DNA of 64,000 nucleotides, from contig CM059431.1 of the NCBI GenBank assembly GCA_030390025.1, positions 113,214,001 to 113,278,000 on the forward strand, read 5' to 3'. The first letter of the stretch is position 1. Every line of letters starts with the position of its first letter. The position numbers and the translations under genes were made by a program. Below the pieces are notes generated by a model. It saw only the letters and a list, made by a program, of their open reading frames with translations, did no database searches and had not been told where the DNA came from. This document shows positions 48,341 to 61,717 of this stretch, piece after piece. The stretch is from Squalus acanthias. Taxonomy: Eukaryota.

Positions 48341-48769
48341 CTCAGTATCAAGAGGAAAGTGGGAAATGGCTCCCTGGAGCAAACCAAGGGCACGGGTGCC
48401 GCGGGCTCGTTCAGGCTCGCTAAGAAGGAATCCCAGTGGAAAGAGGGAAAGAAGGTGAAGAAACCAGCAGCCAAGAAATCTGCAGTAAAGAAACCAGCAG
48501 TCAAGAAATCTCCAGCTAAGTAACCAGCAGCCAAGAAATCTTCAGCTAAGAAACCAGCAGCGAAGAAAACGAGCACCAAGAAGGCACCATCTTCAAAAAA
48601 GACAGCAAAAGCGGCGGCTAGGAAGAAGAAGGCGGCGGCGAAGAAGCCCAAGAGCCCCAAGAAGGCCACAGGCGGAATGGTGAAGGTGGTCAAGAAGGCG
48701 AAAAAACCGAAGGCCAAGGCCAGGCCCAAATCAGCAAAGCCTCAGAAAGAAGCACCCAAAATAAAATAA
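48341..48769 (+). pseudogene. H1: histone H1 fragment (end of globular domain + Lys/Ala/Pro-rich tail)
   Basis: [29 protein letters not shown], then [11 protein letters not shown] repeats; one in-frame TAA (48521-48523); natural stop 48767-48769. Confidence 0.93.
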
Positions 48770-48794
48770 AAAGGGCAACTTGTAAACATCTGAA

Positions 48795-48840
48795 CCAAAG
48801 GTTCTTCTCAGAGCCACCTACGTCTTTCCAAAAAGAGCTG
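48795..48840 (+). promoter_or_regulatory. histone 3' stem-loop and histone downstream element (U7 site)
   Basis: CCAAAGGTTCTTCTCAGAGCCACCTA (consensus CCAAAGGCTCTTTTCAGAGCCACCCA) followed by AAAAGAGCTG at 48831-48840. Confidence 0.9.
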
Positions 48841-50146
48841 ATCGCGGAATCAAATGATCCATGTCCTGGGGCTGGGCTCAGATTCTAGATTGAAATCATT
48901 TCAAATGAACCCAGGATCCCTGGTGACTCGCTGACATTCGCTGCACCCACCCCTCCCCCAGTGTCTGCAGTAAAACAGAGAGAGAATGGGATGTCCGGGC
49001 CGAGCCTTACTGTAATTGGGGGTAAGTTCCACAGGTGTGCTGATGTAGGTGACCACCCGCTCCATGTTGGAAAGGATGAGCTCTGAGCTCTGCACCAAGA
49101 CCTGTGCCAAGTTGGTGCTTGACTCCTCCACGCTCCTTGACATTAAGAGTAGCCTTTCTGGCAGGCTTCCCAGTGTGCCAAACATTTGGGTGTGTACACC
49201 CATCAGCACTTCTTCTGTATCCTGGCCCAGCGAAGTCCTCATCTGAGTCCTCTGCAGCAAAATTAGTGTGCAACCTCACCCTCCGGCGAGCTTGCACCTG
49301 CTCTAGCCTTTCCCCCCGCCCTGGCTCCTGTGCACTTGTGCACTGAGTCTCACCACGTGCAGATCCCTCCTCTATCCTAGCTTCTAAAATACGTGCAGTG
49401 TCAGTATCTGAGCTGGTGGCTGCGAGTGTAAGATTGAGTGACGGTGTCTCTTTATTGTCACTGACTTCTTCCTCTTCCTGCATTGCCTGGGCAGGTTAAA
49501 GTTCTTGGGTATCTGAAATGAAAAAGGGACAAAGGTTGGGTTGTGGTGAGGGGAGAGGAGAAAGTAAGAAGTGTGTGCTTACACCCTCAGCAGCTTCTCA
49601 CTCAGAAGAGATTGAGGGATGAGGGAGAAGTGGGATGGGAGACGGAGGATTAGGTATGCGCATACCCTCATCATCAATCGCTTCAGCGCCGCCAGTGGCC
49701 ATGGCCTCAGTGATACCCCTTCCCATGATGGTCCGCACTATCTCCTCTATGCATGTTAAAACATGCAGGCGCGCTGGTCCTCCTCCAGTTCTTTGTTTCT
49801 GCCTAGTGTTGTGTGCCATTTTCTCCTGCAAGAAAGGGGGAAGAGTGACAGTGAGTGTCGTGCAAAATGTTTGGGTGATGTGGCTGTCCTGGTTGAATAG
49901 CTGCCAGTGTGTGCGAGCTGTAAGTTGTGGGTGGGAGGCTTGCAACAGTGCTAAGTGTGTAAGTGTGAAGTAAAGCACATGAATGTTAGGGTTGAGTCCT
50001 GATTGATAGAGATTGTTGGTAGGTGAGTGATGGGGATGTAGTGAATTGAGCAGTGGATGAGGCTATTGGTGTAGTTGGTAGGATATGCCATTTGAAGATG
50101 AAGTCACTTACCTTGACAACTCGTGTGAGATCATCAAACTTCTTCC

Positions 50147-51253
50147 TTTCAAAATCTTTCAAGATCCCAACAGTCTAGTCTTTGGCCCTCCATTCACCAC
50201 AACATTTCTGCAGCTACCGATCTGCTCAACCACACCCTCACCTCCACCTTTGATGCCCTAGTCCCCATTAAAACCATTACTCTCTCTCACCCTTTCCCCC
50301 TGGTATGGCCCTCAACTCCGCTCCCTTAAGTCCAAGGGACGCAGACTTGAAAGTATATGGCGGTCTAGCAATATCCAGTATTGGATGCGCAGAAATTTCC
50401 TCCAACTAAATATTGGGAAGACCAAAGCCATTGTCTACAGTCCCCGCCACAAACTCCATTCCATATCTACCAACTCTATTACTCTCCCTGGCAACTGTCT
50501 GAGGCTGAACTAGACTGTTCGCAACCTTGGTGTTGTATTTGACCCTGAGATGAGCTTCCGACCACATATCCATACTATCACTAAGACCGCCTACTTCCAC
50601 CTCTGTAACATTGCCTGACTCTGCCCTTGCCTCAGCTCATCCGCTGCTGAAACCCTCATCCATGCCTTTGTTACCTTTAGACTTGACTATTCCAATGCAC
50701 TCCTGGCCAGCCTCCCAACTTCCACCCTACATAAAGTTATCTCATCCAAAACTCTGCCGCCCGTATCCTAACTCTCTCCAATTCCCGTTCACCCATCACC
50801 CCTGTGCTCGCTGACCTACGTGTGCTCCCAGTTGAGCAATGCCTCGATTTAAAATTCTCATCCTTGTTTTCCAATCCCTCCATGGCCTCGCCCCTCCCTA
50901 TCTCTATAACCAGCTCCAGCCCTACAACCCTCCGAGATCTCTGCACTCCTCTAATTCTGGCCTCTTGCGCATCCCCTGATTTTAATCGCTCCACCATTGG
51001 TGGCCGTGCTTTCAGCTGCCTGGGCGCTAAGCTCTGGAATTCCTTCACTGAACCTCTCCGTCTGTCTACCCTTCACTGCTTCTTTAAGACGCTCCTTAAA
51101 ACCTATCTCTTTGACCAAGCTTTTGGTCACCCATCCTAATGTCTCCTTACATGGCTCGGTGTCAAATTTTATTTGATAACGCTCCTGTGAAACGCCTTGG
51201 GACGTTTTACTATGTTAAAAGCGCTATATAAATGTAAGTTGTTGTTGTTGTTG
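50147..51253 (+). mobile_element. L2 LINE 3' portion with internal deletion
   Basis: QLNIGKTKAI, RNLGVVFD, LDYSNALL, TIGGRAFSCLGAKLWNS, FKTLLKTYLF; (TTG)n tail. Confidence 0.9.
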
Positions 51254-51427
51254 AGATCCATTATCATGGGGCTAAAATCACCAGCATTATAATAAGCAAA
51301 GGAAAAAGTACAAAGACTTGATATTATAGAAAATCTTTGACCTCAATGTACAGTGTACATAATTTAGGGTGTAATTTCCTCTGATAATTCTTTTACAAAA
51401 ATGTAGAAATGCACCATCAGGAGACAC

Positions 51428-51660
51428 CCAGAGAGTGGTTAGAATGTGGAACTCGCTACCACAAGGAATAGTTGAGGCGAATAGTATAGATGCTTTTAAG
51501 GGGAATCTAGATAAACACATGAGGGAGAAAGGAATAGAAGGATATGTTGATAGGGTGAGATGAAGTAGGGTGGGAGGAGGCTAGTGTGGAGCATAAACAA
51601 CGGCATCGACCAGTTGGATCAAATGACCTGTTTCTGTGCAGTAAATTCTATGTCATTCTA
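51428..51660 (+). mobile_element. CR1 3' fragment
   Basis: TQRVVRMWNSLPQGIVEANSIDAFKGNLDKHM plus UTR. Confidence 0.85.
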
Positions 51661-52132
51661 GTACCCATGGAAAGTGTTCATTGAGGATTTATCTATATTA
51701 AGTGCTCTTCTGAGTGTTGCTCCTAGCCAAAACTCGATTTTAAAAGTAAAAAGAGGACAACTTTTACTTGTGAAGGCCCTGTTAAGGATCAAGTTATAGA
51801 CTAATTCTGAAATACCTGTGCAGAATTACATGAAGAGAGGGGCAGCAATGACAAGTGCGTTCCGAACTCCTGGTCAGATATTTAGTCAATTGGACGAAGG
51901 GCAAGATTTCAGGGTACCATTATAACACTGACAGAAGTGAAGAGTACAGAGAGGTTTTCAGTCCCAGAGCAATGGGTGTAGCATATACTGCTGAGTACCT
52001 CTTAGTGTGGCAGGCTCAGGGTAAGAACATGTCTCGGGGGTGCAGAGAGTATAGATGATGCAGAGTTACAGAACAAAATGTCCCAGGCATCATTGCTACC
52101 GTAACAGAGTTAGACAGATGAGTGAACTTCTA

Positions 52133-52277
52133 CAAAAGCAAAAGGCTGCGGATGCTGGAAATCTGAAATAAAAACAAAAAATGCTGGAAATACTCAGCCG
52201 GTCAGGCCGTATCTGTGGGGAGAGAAACATGCTGCCTGACCTGCTGAGTATTTCCAGCTTTTTCAGTTTTTATTTTG
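52133..52277. mobile_element. Penelope pLTR-derived fold-back lacking the hammerhead core
   Basis: Same tail and arm sequence as 824-1058, folding back near 52228; no clear TSD. Confidence 0.75.
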
Positions 52278-52461
52278 GTAAACATCTAATTGTTTGCACC
52301 ATGTTTTTAGTGGCAAGGATCAACATGACAGGTGCACCACCAATGACTGGTTTTCTGATGTTTCAACTAATTAAATCGTACTGCACAGAATCATCGGTTT
52401 AAAAAATGCACAAACTCACTATTTTGTTAATAGGGCATCATAAACTATGAAAGGAGAGCAG

Positions 52462-52630
52462 GGGGTAATTTTAACTTTTCATGATGGTGTAAAACGGCCG
52501 CCCGTTATACACCCTGCCCGATGTTCCTCTCTATTGAAATCAACGGGAAAGAGAAGGGGGCGGGATATATAATGGGCCGTCGATCAGATATCGCTCGTTT
52601 TACACCATCGCCCAAAGTTAAAAATACCCC
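52462..52630. mobile_element. 169-bp hairpin MITE (Harbinger-like)
   Basis: GGGGTAATTTTAACTTT..GATGGTGTAAAACG / CGTTTTACACCATC..AAAGTTAAAAATACCCC; TSD CAG. Confidence 0.8.
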
Positions 52631-53299
52631 CAGCATTTTGAAAAGAGAAGAGGAAAGTATACCCCCTAAGTACAGCACCACTAGATGGCCCTCCAGCATA
52701 AGAGCTTGTGCGCACAATTTGCAAATTCAAATGCTTTTGAATTGAATTTGTGTGAATATGATTGTCACATAATAGCAATTAATCTTTCATTACTGTACAT
52801 TGTGATAATGCTGTTTATAGACACACGCAGACAACTTTGATCGCACAATCTCTTCTGATTTACACTCAGATTAAAATGATGCAGGTCTATGGTTTTTTTT
52901 AAAGAAACTGGCTGAAAATGTTGTTTAATCTTCACATCCTGTACTCCTGTGAATCACAACACTGAAACAATGAGAGGGGAAAAGCTCCAGGTGGGTCCAT
53001 ATTAACACCCAAAGCATGTTTTGGGTGTTAATATCCTCCAACTTTACACATTGAAAGAGTCAAGTAAATGTTACTTGCACGTGACCCATAATCAGCAAGT
53101 GTACTGAGGTAAAGTGGAATTTCGATTCCTCATGGGGACTATGATAGAATTTAGTTCCAAAGTGACCGTTGCAATCAACGTAAGAGATTGTTTGCAGCTC
53201 CCATAAGATACAAAAAATGGTTCTGTACAATTTTCTAGTTTCGACTTTCTACATTGTACCTTTTGACATAATTGCCTAGCAAGTCAATTGCGACGCACC

Positions 53300-54360
53300 C
53301 GTTTTTCAGGCGGTAGGAAGTGCGCGCTCATTGCGAGCCGCAAGTGCGCCACCCGCCATATTGGATTGGACTTCTCCATAGGCGTCCAGGGCAGACGCCA
53401 GAACTGTGGAAAACACTGAATAATGTTTTCAAATTAGGGTGCCGTGCTTGTTAACCCTTTTCTGTTATTGGGCTGCTTCAGCACCTGACTCGTCACCTGA
53501 TAGACTCGCCCAGCATCTTGTGGCGCTAACAGGCAGGAAGGACCCTTCACCAGCGCTATTTAAAGGGATCGTTCAGTACTTACAGGTGAGTTGCTGGGTT
53601 GTCATTTCAGGCTGCTGGTTAACTTCTGGGTGTTTTTTTTGGCCTGTTGTCTGACTGTGGAAAGTAAATTTTGACTGCTGAGAAGAAGATTTTGCTGGTG
53701 TTGCACTGTTTTTGGCTGCCTTCTGAACAGTTTGACTGCAGTCATGGGTGGTCTGGTAGGGCAGCCTTTTACTGAAGGAGGGGGAGCAGCAAGGAAGACA
53801 GGAGAGAGCAACTGTGACAAGAGGGAGTCGGAGGAAGGCACTGCGTAGGAGGCCATAACCCACAGCAGGGTGCACATCGCCTGCAGTAATTTAACTCAGG
53901 AGCAATGTATGAGGCACCTACGCTTCACCAAAGAGCCTGTCACTGAGCTATGTCACCCGCTGCAGCCACAGCTCGAGTCTCGCACCAGGGCTTGTGGGCA
54001 GTCACTGCCTGTGGCTATCAAGGTCACCGTGGCCCCTTAACTTTTATGTCACGGGCTCCTTTCAGGCTGCAGCAGGTGACATCAGCGATCCCAGTTCGCA
54101 GTACACCGTTATAATAGGGAGGTCACCGAGGCTCTCTCCGCCAGGAGGAACACCTACGTCTCGTTCATGGACAGAGCGAAGCAGGACGAGAGAGCACTAG
54201 GCGCCGCACACATGGCAGGCTTCCCCAGGGTGCAAGGTGCCATAGACTGCATCCACATTGCCTTGCGTGCTCCCCATAACCAGCCTGGCAGCTTTATCAA
54301 TCAAAAGGCTTTCCACTCCCTCAATGTACAGCCAGTTTGCAACCAGGGGCAGCACGTCAG
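53300..54360 (+). pseudogene. truncated, frameshifted Harbinger (subterminal region + 5' half of transposase)
   Basis: EQCMRHLRFTKEPVTELC, LPVAIKVTVA, FYVTGSFQAAAGDIS, AGFPRVQGAIDCIHIALRAP, FHSLNVQ. Confidence 0.85.
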
Positions 54361-54726
54361 CAGTTCCGTCCCCGGATCAACACTACAATGACGGTATAAA
54401 TGTAGCCTGAATCAATTACTTTAGCTATGGTTCCGCTGTTTTGTGAGTGGCTTGCTTGTGGTACCAGTCTGCCAGCAGGTACTCATTCATGCAGTGTTCA
54501 GGTTCCACTGATGAGATCACAGTGCACTGTAACTAAAACATGTATGAAATTTGTGAACCATGATGCAAAACATTAATTAGATATTATTTACAAGAAGAAA
54601 GTGTAGGCAGTGAACTCCATAAGAAATGGTGGGGAAGGAAAGGTCAGTGTAACTTGTCTGCTTGGTATTGCTCAAAGAATTCTGTCAGATTCCTTTTGCC
54701 TTCTCTTTCCAGCATTAACACATTAA

Positions 54727-55479
54727 GGGAGAAAAATTGGGTTGCTTTGCGCCTCTCATTAGCACCCTAAGAGGGCGCTAACGAGGGGCGCAAAGCAACT
54801 AGCGCCTGGGCGCGGCGCCGCCCACGCCTCCCACGAAATTCAGCGTGAGGTTAGCAGCGGCGCTAACTGGTCGCGCCCTGCGGTGCTGTGCCACCGGCGA
54901 TGACGTCATCGCCGTGCGCAGCGCCCCGCTCGCGCCCCGCTCGCGCCCCGCTCGCGCCCCGCTCGCGCCCCAGCCGTGATCTTCGGGAGCGGCCCCTGAC
55001 TTACCGCTGGACGCTATGTCCGACGGGGTCAGGGGAGCCTACCTGCGGCCGGGGAGGTGCTATTTAAAGGCGAGGGGTGGGGTGGCCATTTTTGTTGCTG
55101 GCCGCCTGTCAGCACCTGCCCGCATTGAACGGCGCCCCCCGCGGAGTGCCGGCTGCGCTCCAAGAGCCCGGCACTTCTCTTGAGTGCCGGGCTCTTTTGC
55201 CGGCACTCCCGATCCCCGGGGGCCCAGCTGGGTCCCGGGTCATGCTGCAGAAAGCCCCTCCCCTTTAAGAAAAGGGGAGGAAGGCTTTCAATGCCGCGAC
55301 GCTGCGGCACGTAGCACTGCGATATTGACTCGCAGCGCCCCAAGAGGGCTGCAGGGCGCTTCCAGTAGCACCCTGCTTCCCTCTTGGGTCGCAACCACTC
55401 AATTTCCGGCGCGGGGCGCTAATTTTAGCGCCCGGGCGAAGTTAGCGCCCCAAATGGGGTGCTACTCAATTTTTAGCCC
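54727..55479 (-). mobile_element. 753-bp GC-rich Harbinger MITE related to family B
   Basis: TIR GGGAGAAAAATTG / reverse complement GGGCTAAAAATTG; TSD TAA; shares TTAGCGCC/GGCGCTAA subterminal arrays; (GCGCCCCGCTC)x4 at 54921-54964. Confidence 0.88.
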
Positions 55480-56109
55480 TAAAGGCTGTAAAATTTCAAA
55501 ATGCAGAGCAAACTTTGATAGTTCTTGTATTGTACTCTGAGGAAAGAAAGAAAGGACTGCATTTATATATCACCTTTCACAACCTCAGGACGTTCCAAAG
55601 TGTTTCATAACCAATGAAGTATTTCTGAAGTGCAGTCACTATGTAATGTAAATGTTCTATGTGTCTATTAGAAAATACCAAGCTGCTTTCGTATACCTCC
55701 TAACGTCTAATTGGATAGCTCTGTCAAAAGAGCCAGCGCGGGTACAATGGGCCGAATGGCCTCCTTCTGTGCTGTACGATTCTACGATCTGGTTTTCGAG
55801 CAATATTGATGACGGCCTGGGACAGTTTGTCCACCAACCCACCTACTTGGCCAAGAATAGTGGATGGCACAGTGTGATCAGAAAAGGGGAGAAAGTGCAT
55901 TTTAAAAGGAGGGTGATCTAATCCTCAAAAAAAAACTAAAATATGTGACTGAAACCACTTGTTTACCAAAAAGTCTTTAATGCTTGATAGATTCTCTAGC
56001 ACATTTGCCTATGCAATATTCCTAAGCAAATGTCTTCATGCACTGAAGAGTTTCTTTTTAGCAATTACATTAAGATAAATTTTATTCTTATGTTAACATA
56101 ACTGTATCA

Positions 56110-56430
56110 ACAACAACAACAACAACATGCATTAATATAGCAACTTGAAAACATTCCATGACGCTTCACAAGAGCGTTATCAAACAAAATTTGACACCGA
56201 GCCACATAAGGAGATATTGGGGCAGATGATCAAAAGCTTGGTCAACGAGGTAGGTTTTTAAGGAGCGTCTTAAAGAAGGAGAGAGAGGTAGAGAGGCGGA
56301 GAGGTTTAGGGAGGGAATTCCAGAGCTTAGGGCCTTGGCAGCTGAAGGTACAGCTGAAGGCACGGCCATCAATGGTGGAGCGAATAAAATCAGGGGGGGG
56401 AGTGCAAAAGACCAGAATTGGAGGAGCACA
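56110..56430 (-). mobile_element. L2 3' fragment
   Basis: STIDGRAFSC..GPKLWNSLP..FKTLLK; (TTG)n tail. Confidence 0.85.
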
Positions 56431-57097
56431 GAGCCATTTAATGTGATTACACACAAAAGCTGATGTACTGAGTGAACATCTACTTAGAATCAACCAGAGG
56501 TGACACTGTTTAATTGTATCCTTCTAACTAGCACTATGGACCTCATTGCTCACTCAGAACAACAGGTATGACGTGATTATAAGTTAGTCTATCTGGGAAA
56601 CCTGCATTAACAATTTGTATGATTGGTTTGCAGAAGCCTAGCACTCTGAAATTCCTTTTAAGCTTAACTGTTGTAATTTGTGGGTTGTTTCAAAAAGATG
56701 CGTGTAGGATTATAAATGTTTTCCAAGCTTTTTTCCATTGAGACAACCACGGGTGAAAAAAGCTACTGTGCATCAGATTTTCATCCATTCATAGCCAATG
56801 TGTGGACAATTCCAAAGTTTTGAAGCCCTATGACTTGCATAGTTTCTTGGCTTCCATAGTAAATCTAGCAAGGCATTTTTTCTTGACTGAATTCTGACAG
56901 TCAGTATTTTTGTTACTTATTCTACTCAGTAGTCCAATGGCTTGTCCTAAATCATTTTCATGAAAGTATTTTTTTTAAAGTTTTCGAGCCCAGACTCAGT
57001 GCATTGCACGAACAGCGAACAGAGAGGCCCGAGGCCATCCTAAAATTGGGCCTCAGGCCTTATCTGCATCTTTGGAGCGAGCTGCCAAGTCCCATTC

Positions 57098-57663
57098 ACC
57101 CAATGTTCTCCTGGCCGGCCTCCCACCTTGCACCCTCCGTAAACTTGAGCTCATACAAAACTCTACTGCATGTATGGTAACTCGCACCAAGTCCCGTTCA
57201 CCCTTCACCCCTGTACTCGCCGACCGACATTGGCTCTCGGTCTGGCAAAGCCTTGATTTTAAAATTCTCAACCTTGTTTTCAAATCGCCTCATGGCCTCG
57301 ACCCTCCCTATCTCTATAACCTCCTCCAGCCCTACAACCCTCAGAGACCTCTGCGCTCCTTCAATTCTGGCCTCTTGCACATCCCCGATTTTAATTGCTC
57401 CACCATTGGCGGCCGTGCCTTCATCTGCCTAGGACCTATGCTCTGGAATCCCCTCACTGAACCTCTCCACCTTTTGACCTCTCTCTCCTTTTTTAACATG
57501 CTCCTTAAAACCTATCTCTTTGAACAAGCTTTTGGTCACCTGTCCTAATATCTCCTTATGTGGCTCGGTGTCAAATTTTGTTTGATAACGCTCCTGTGAA
57601 GCACCTTGGGACAGTTTATAGGTTAAAGGCGTTATATAAATGTAAGTTGTTGTTGTTGTTGTT
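57098..57663 (+). mobile_element. L2 3' fragment
   Basis: LLAGLP..LRKLELIQNS..HWL..FKIL..GGRAF..LWN..LKTYLF; (TTG)n tail. Confidence 0.9.
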
Positions 57664-59021
57664 GCCGGAGCCGGCCGTGCCTCCACCAACTCCTCGCCCC
57701 ACAAGAGAAATGAATTTTGGGCTACCGGCAGCAGCCTTCAGTTAAGTTCCAGGAGGGTGGGTTGGATCGGGCAACTGGAGGGCCGATTTCAGGAGTGTGG
57801 AGTCAGCAGGGGGAAGCACTCCTGCACTCTTGGCTCTACACAAAGATTTTTTTCAATGAAAAAATGTTTTATAAACTTACCGTTTTCTGGCGGTCACGGA
57901 AGAATCCTGAGAGGGGCAGGCCCACTCTTTGTGCGCTCAATGGGAACAAATTTTATGGAGGGGTCGTTCAACAGGCGTTAGGCCTTCATTAACGTATTTA
58001 AGGGGCTGAATGACTGTTATAGGTGTCTGCCCGGGACACCTGTAAAAAATGGTCCTCACCAATTTAGGAGTGGTACCAAAGCCTGCGCAGGCTTCCCCAC
58101 TGCGAAATTGGTGTACTTTGCACCTGATTTACGCCTGAACAATGGGCAACAAGTACCAATTTCTACTCTATAGAATTTACCAACCATGGCCTTGAAACTA
58201 CGCTCTGTAAATATTGCCATATAAATGCTTAATGCACTCATACGAAATAATAATCTTTGCTATTGTCAGAGAGCTGCTAACACACTTATCTTAAAACAAG
58301 TTGATGCCTCCATTGGATTGGACTACAAAAGAAGTTCATGGCAATGAGTTCAGCATTTTTACACTAGTATTCACACAGCATAGTTTCAAGGTCCAGTTCG
58401 AACTCTGGTGGTGATGGGAATGTTGCCTTTCACATACGCTTGTACCATGTCCATTAATTCTCCTCCGCACAAAATATAGTAAAATCTATAAATGTTTTGA
58501 AAATAGAACAGTTGCGGATTTCATAATGCCCGTGGAAGATATTTTGCACATTTTTTTGAGAATTGAATTATGTCTTCCTGGAAGTTGTTTATTTTTAGCC
58601 TGCTATCTTCGACAAATGCTCTTAATTTCTGTAAGTGAAACAAAAATAAATTACCTTGTAAATTATCCAATCGCAAATAGCACAGCCAATAAGAAAAACT
58701 TAAAGTAAAAATTTGTAAATGTGTGTGTATTTTCTATCCTTGTTTAATTTACTGTCTGTGACTTTTTTCAATGCCTATCCTGACTTTATGGAACTATTTC
58801 TACCTTAGAGCAGTTACTTTTAGCTATGAATTTATATCTATAATACTAATAGTGGAAAACAATGTTTGTATTTCTCTATCAGGATTCCCCAGGTTACCTT
58901 TCTTGCTCCTTACTTTAAATTCATCTGTGCTCTAATCCACAAATTCCAATCTCTGATGCAAAAACGCTGGTGTCGGGCCCTTTGCATACAAGCTATGTGA
59001 GCACGTAATCTAGGATGAGGC

Positions 59022-59366
59022 TTCAGTGCACTGAGGGAGTGCTGCACTGTCGGAGGCGCCGTTTTTCAGATGAGATCCCGTTTGCCTTCGCAGGTGGACT
59101 TTAAGGATCCCATGACACTATTCAAAGATGAGCGGGTGAGTTCTCCCCAGTGTATTGGCCAATATTTATCCCTCAACCAACATCAATAAAACAGTTTATC
59201 TGGTCATTATCACATTGCTGTTTGTGGGATCTTGCTGTGTGCAAATTGGCTGCCGCGTTGACTACATTACAAAGTGACCACACTTCAAAAATACTTCATT
59301 GGCTGTAAAGTGCTTTGGGATAGCCTGAGGTCGTGAAAGGCGCTATAGAAATGCAAGTCTTTCTTT
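59022..59366 (+). mobile_element. 5'-truncated Deu-domain SINE
   Basis: Deu core and tail. Confidence 0.88.
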
Positions 59367-61717
59367 TATAAAATGATTGAAAAATAAGAAGTTACATTTA
59401 TGGTAAGCCATAGTAACAATATGTAGGATTACAGTTTCTTGAAGAATTGTATGAGGTTTCCCCTCAATATTTAATTAATAAATGAAAGTTGGTGCTATAG
59501 AATTTTTGGATAAAATCACAATATAATTTAATATAAAAGATTGTGCTAATTATGAAGTAATATGGATTATTTGCTTTGCCTCATAAAATTAATTTTCAAT
59601 TCATTGATGTGAATTTGATTCATTATGTTTGACTGTACATGTTTTTAATCATATGCCCTTTACCCTAACATTTGGTGTCTTGCCAAATTTGGCCATTTTC
59701 TATAGAAGTAATGTCAAAAGTATTAATGTTCACTGAAGACTAGCCCTCAGGGTCTTGACAATAGTCATATGGCCATCTGAAAGACAGTTTTGTATTGACA
59801 AAACAGAGCTTTCTTTAGATTGTACCCATTTTTAATGGTCCTCTGAAAGAATGAATGCTGTTTTGTTTCTGACTTTAACATACTGGCTCATTTAAGAGAA
59901 ATACAAAGAGACTGATTCTTGATCTCTTCATTCACTGATGCAGTTTTCTCACTAGGGTTATTGCCTATGAATGGATCATTATACTGAGCCTGCTTGTAGG
60001 TTTTATATTAATCAGCAATTTGGTCCCCTTTAAATTATGACATTTTATCAAAGGCCACCTTTACTTGGTATAAATTACCAAATTTTATTATGAAAAAGTA
60101 ATTAAACTGTTTTTGATTTAACTTTATCTGTCAAACAAAGCCTGCATATTCACAATGATCAGTTTACAAGCTTTAAGCATTTAGTGGTGAAAACTCTTTT
60201 AAGACACCAGTATATATTTAAAATACATTTGTGTATCATATCGCTTTGCAACCATTGCAATTCTGGCAAAAACACCAATAAAGAAGATCCTAATAGACCA
60301 TTCTTCATGTTACATTTTGTGCAGGCACTGGGATTTCATTGACGTTAATGAGAAACAAAAGTAGCAACACAAGCCTTTCTGTCTCTTTTTTACTTTATTT
60401 CAAGGTGCGTTTCATACCTACTAAAATATATAGAAAATAAAACAAAATGAGTTTGAATATTACTGAACCATTTTTTAGGACTACATGCAGTTTATGATAT
60501 CGTGTGTCCTCAGTTTTAAAATGCGCAATGCAAAACTCTATTAACACTAAAGATTTGCTGGGCACGAAAAACCACAAACTAAATTTCAGCAGTCTTTCCA
60601 AATGCGTCCCTGCAATTTTACTAGGTTAAGTTGTTGCTGTGAAATGGCTACTGACTACTTTATTATTATTATTACTCTTCCTAATCACCATCTCTGAAAT
60701 AATAATGATCAAACACTGTGATCTGCATTCAAGTGCCTTAAGTTAAGTGTCGCCATGAAACCAAAATCAGGCCCCATCCAGCCTGCAGTTACAGTTTAAC
60801 CAAAACTGCTTTGCACCAATGCTACAGTTTTAGTAAAAATGCACCCTTAATGGCAAATTCAGTGAGCTATTGTGGCCATCTTGTTTTAGTTGCTTCAAAA
60901 GTCAGTATGTAAAAAATGCCCTAATTACAATCCATACTGTAAACCATATGATTGTCATTGTATGCAAAGGGCTAACTGGCTCTTTCCAGCTGGCCTTTGA
61001 GGTTGCTGGTAGGTGTGTAGCTTCTGCAAAACAGTTTGTTCTGACTATATGGCCATTTCTATATTTGCTCTAAAAGAACGAAGCCACGGCCTGATTCTTA
61101 TCGGTGCTCAGCTGCTCCTGTTCGCGTCTCCCATTCACTTTCAATGGCGATGTCAATGTGAGGTTAGTGAACATTGATTACCACTGAACCCCAGGTCATC
61201 GATCTGCTCTTCAAGACCGGGTGGCAGAGCTAAATGAAAGACGTAATGGTAGCGCTTACAAACATAATCAAATGAAAGGCATGAATGAAAACATCAAACG
61301 ATTGCTTGTTTGATTTTATTTTACGTACTAGGAACCTATGGAAAAGTACGGCCTGATTAAAAATAGTCATTTCTTTTCGAGTTTTCTTCCCCTTCGGTTC
61401 CACAGGTGTCAGGTGCGCTCCAGTGGATGCTCCGATTGCCATTCTTTGTGGGTAAGCCTATCAGTATTGGCAGTAAGCTTTACCGCGTGGTAGCACAGCT
61501 GAGCTTGAATCTGTCTTCAGTTGACATCTACATTGTACGCTTTCTATTAGGACTCACTAGATCGTGATCAGGAGCTGGAATTTTGCCTGGCTTCTCCTTT
61601 GCCACTCTTTGGTTCAGGTCTATTGAGATGAATTGTAATCCCTCCACTGCCACCCCTGTCGATCATCAGCTAACTCAGCACAGGGCAGGGATCCCACCTT
61701 GCTGATCCATTGGTCAA

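Larger units (their letters stand above)
47760..50146 (-). pseudogene. Harbinger Myb/SANT gene remnant (family C), 5'-truncated by L2 and interrupted by a histone H1 segment
   Basis: End of exon 1 KKFDDLTRVVK|GTAAGT (~50111); exon 2 EKMAHNTRQKQRTGGGP; exon 3 with AVLSQDDSI and QQPS, homologous to the family B protein. Confidence 0.85.

Noticed and set aside
47638..48729. 363-aa Phe/Leu/Ala-rich minus-strand ORF resembling a membrane protein
   Set aside because: It is the antisense reading of Lys/Ala-rich H1 codons fused to a frameshifted Myb remnant; it starts at TTG and is cut off from upstream exon 3 by a stop at 48901.
57716..58170. Possible further MITE remnant (also 2187-2440, 23-110)
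   Set aside because: Ends and TSDs could not be defined with confidence.
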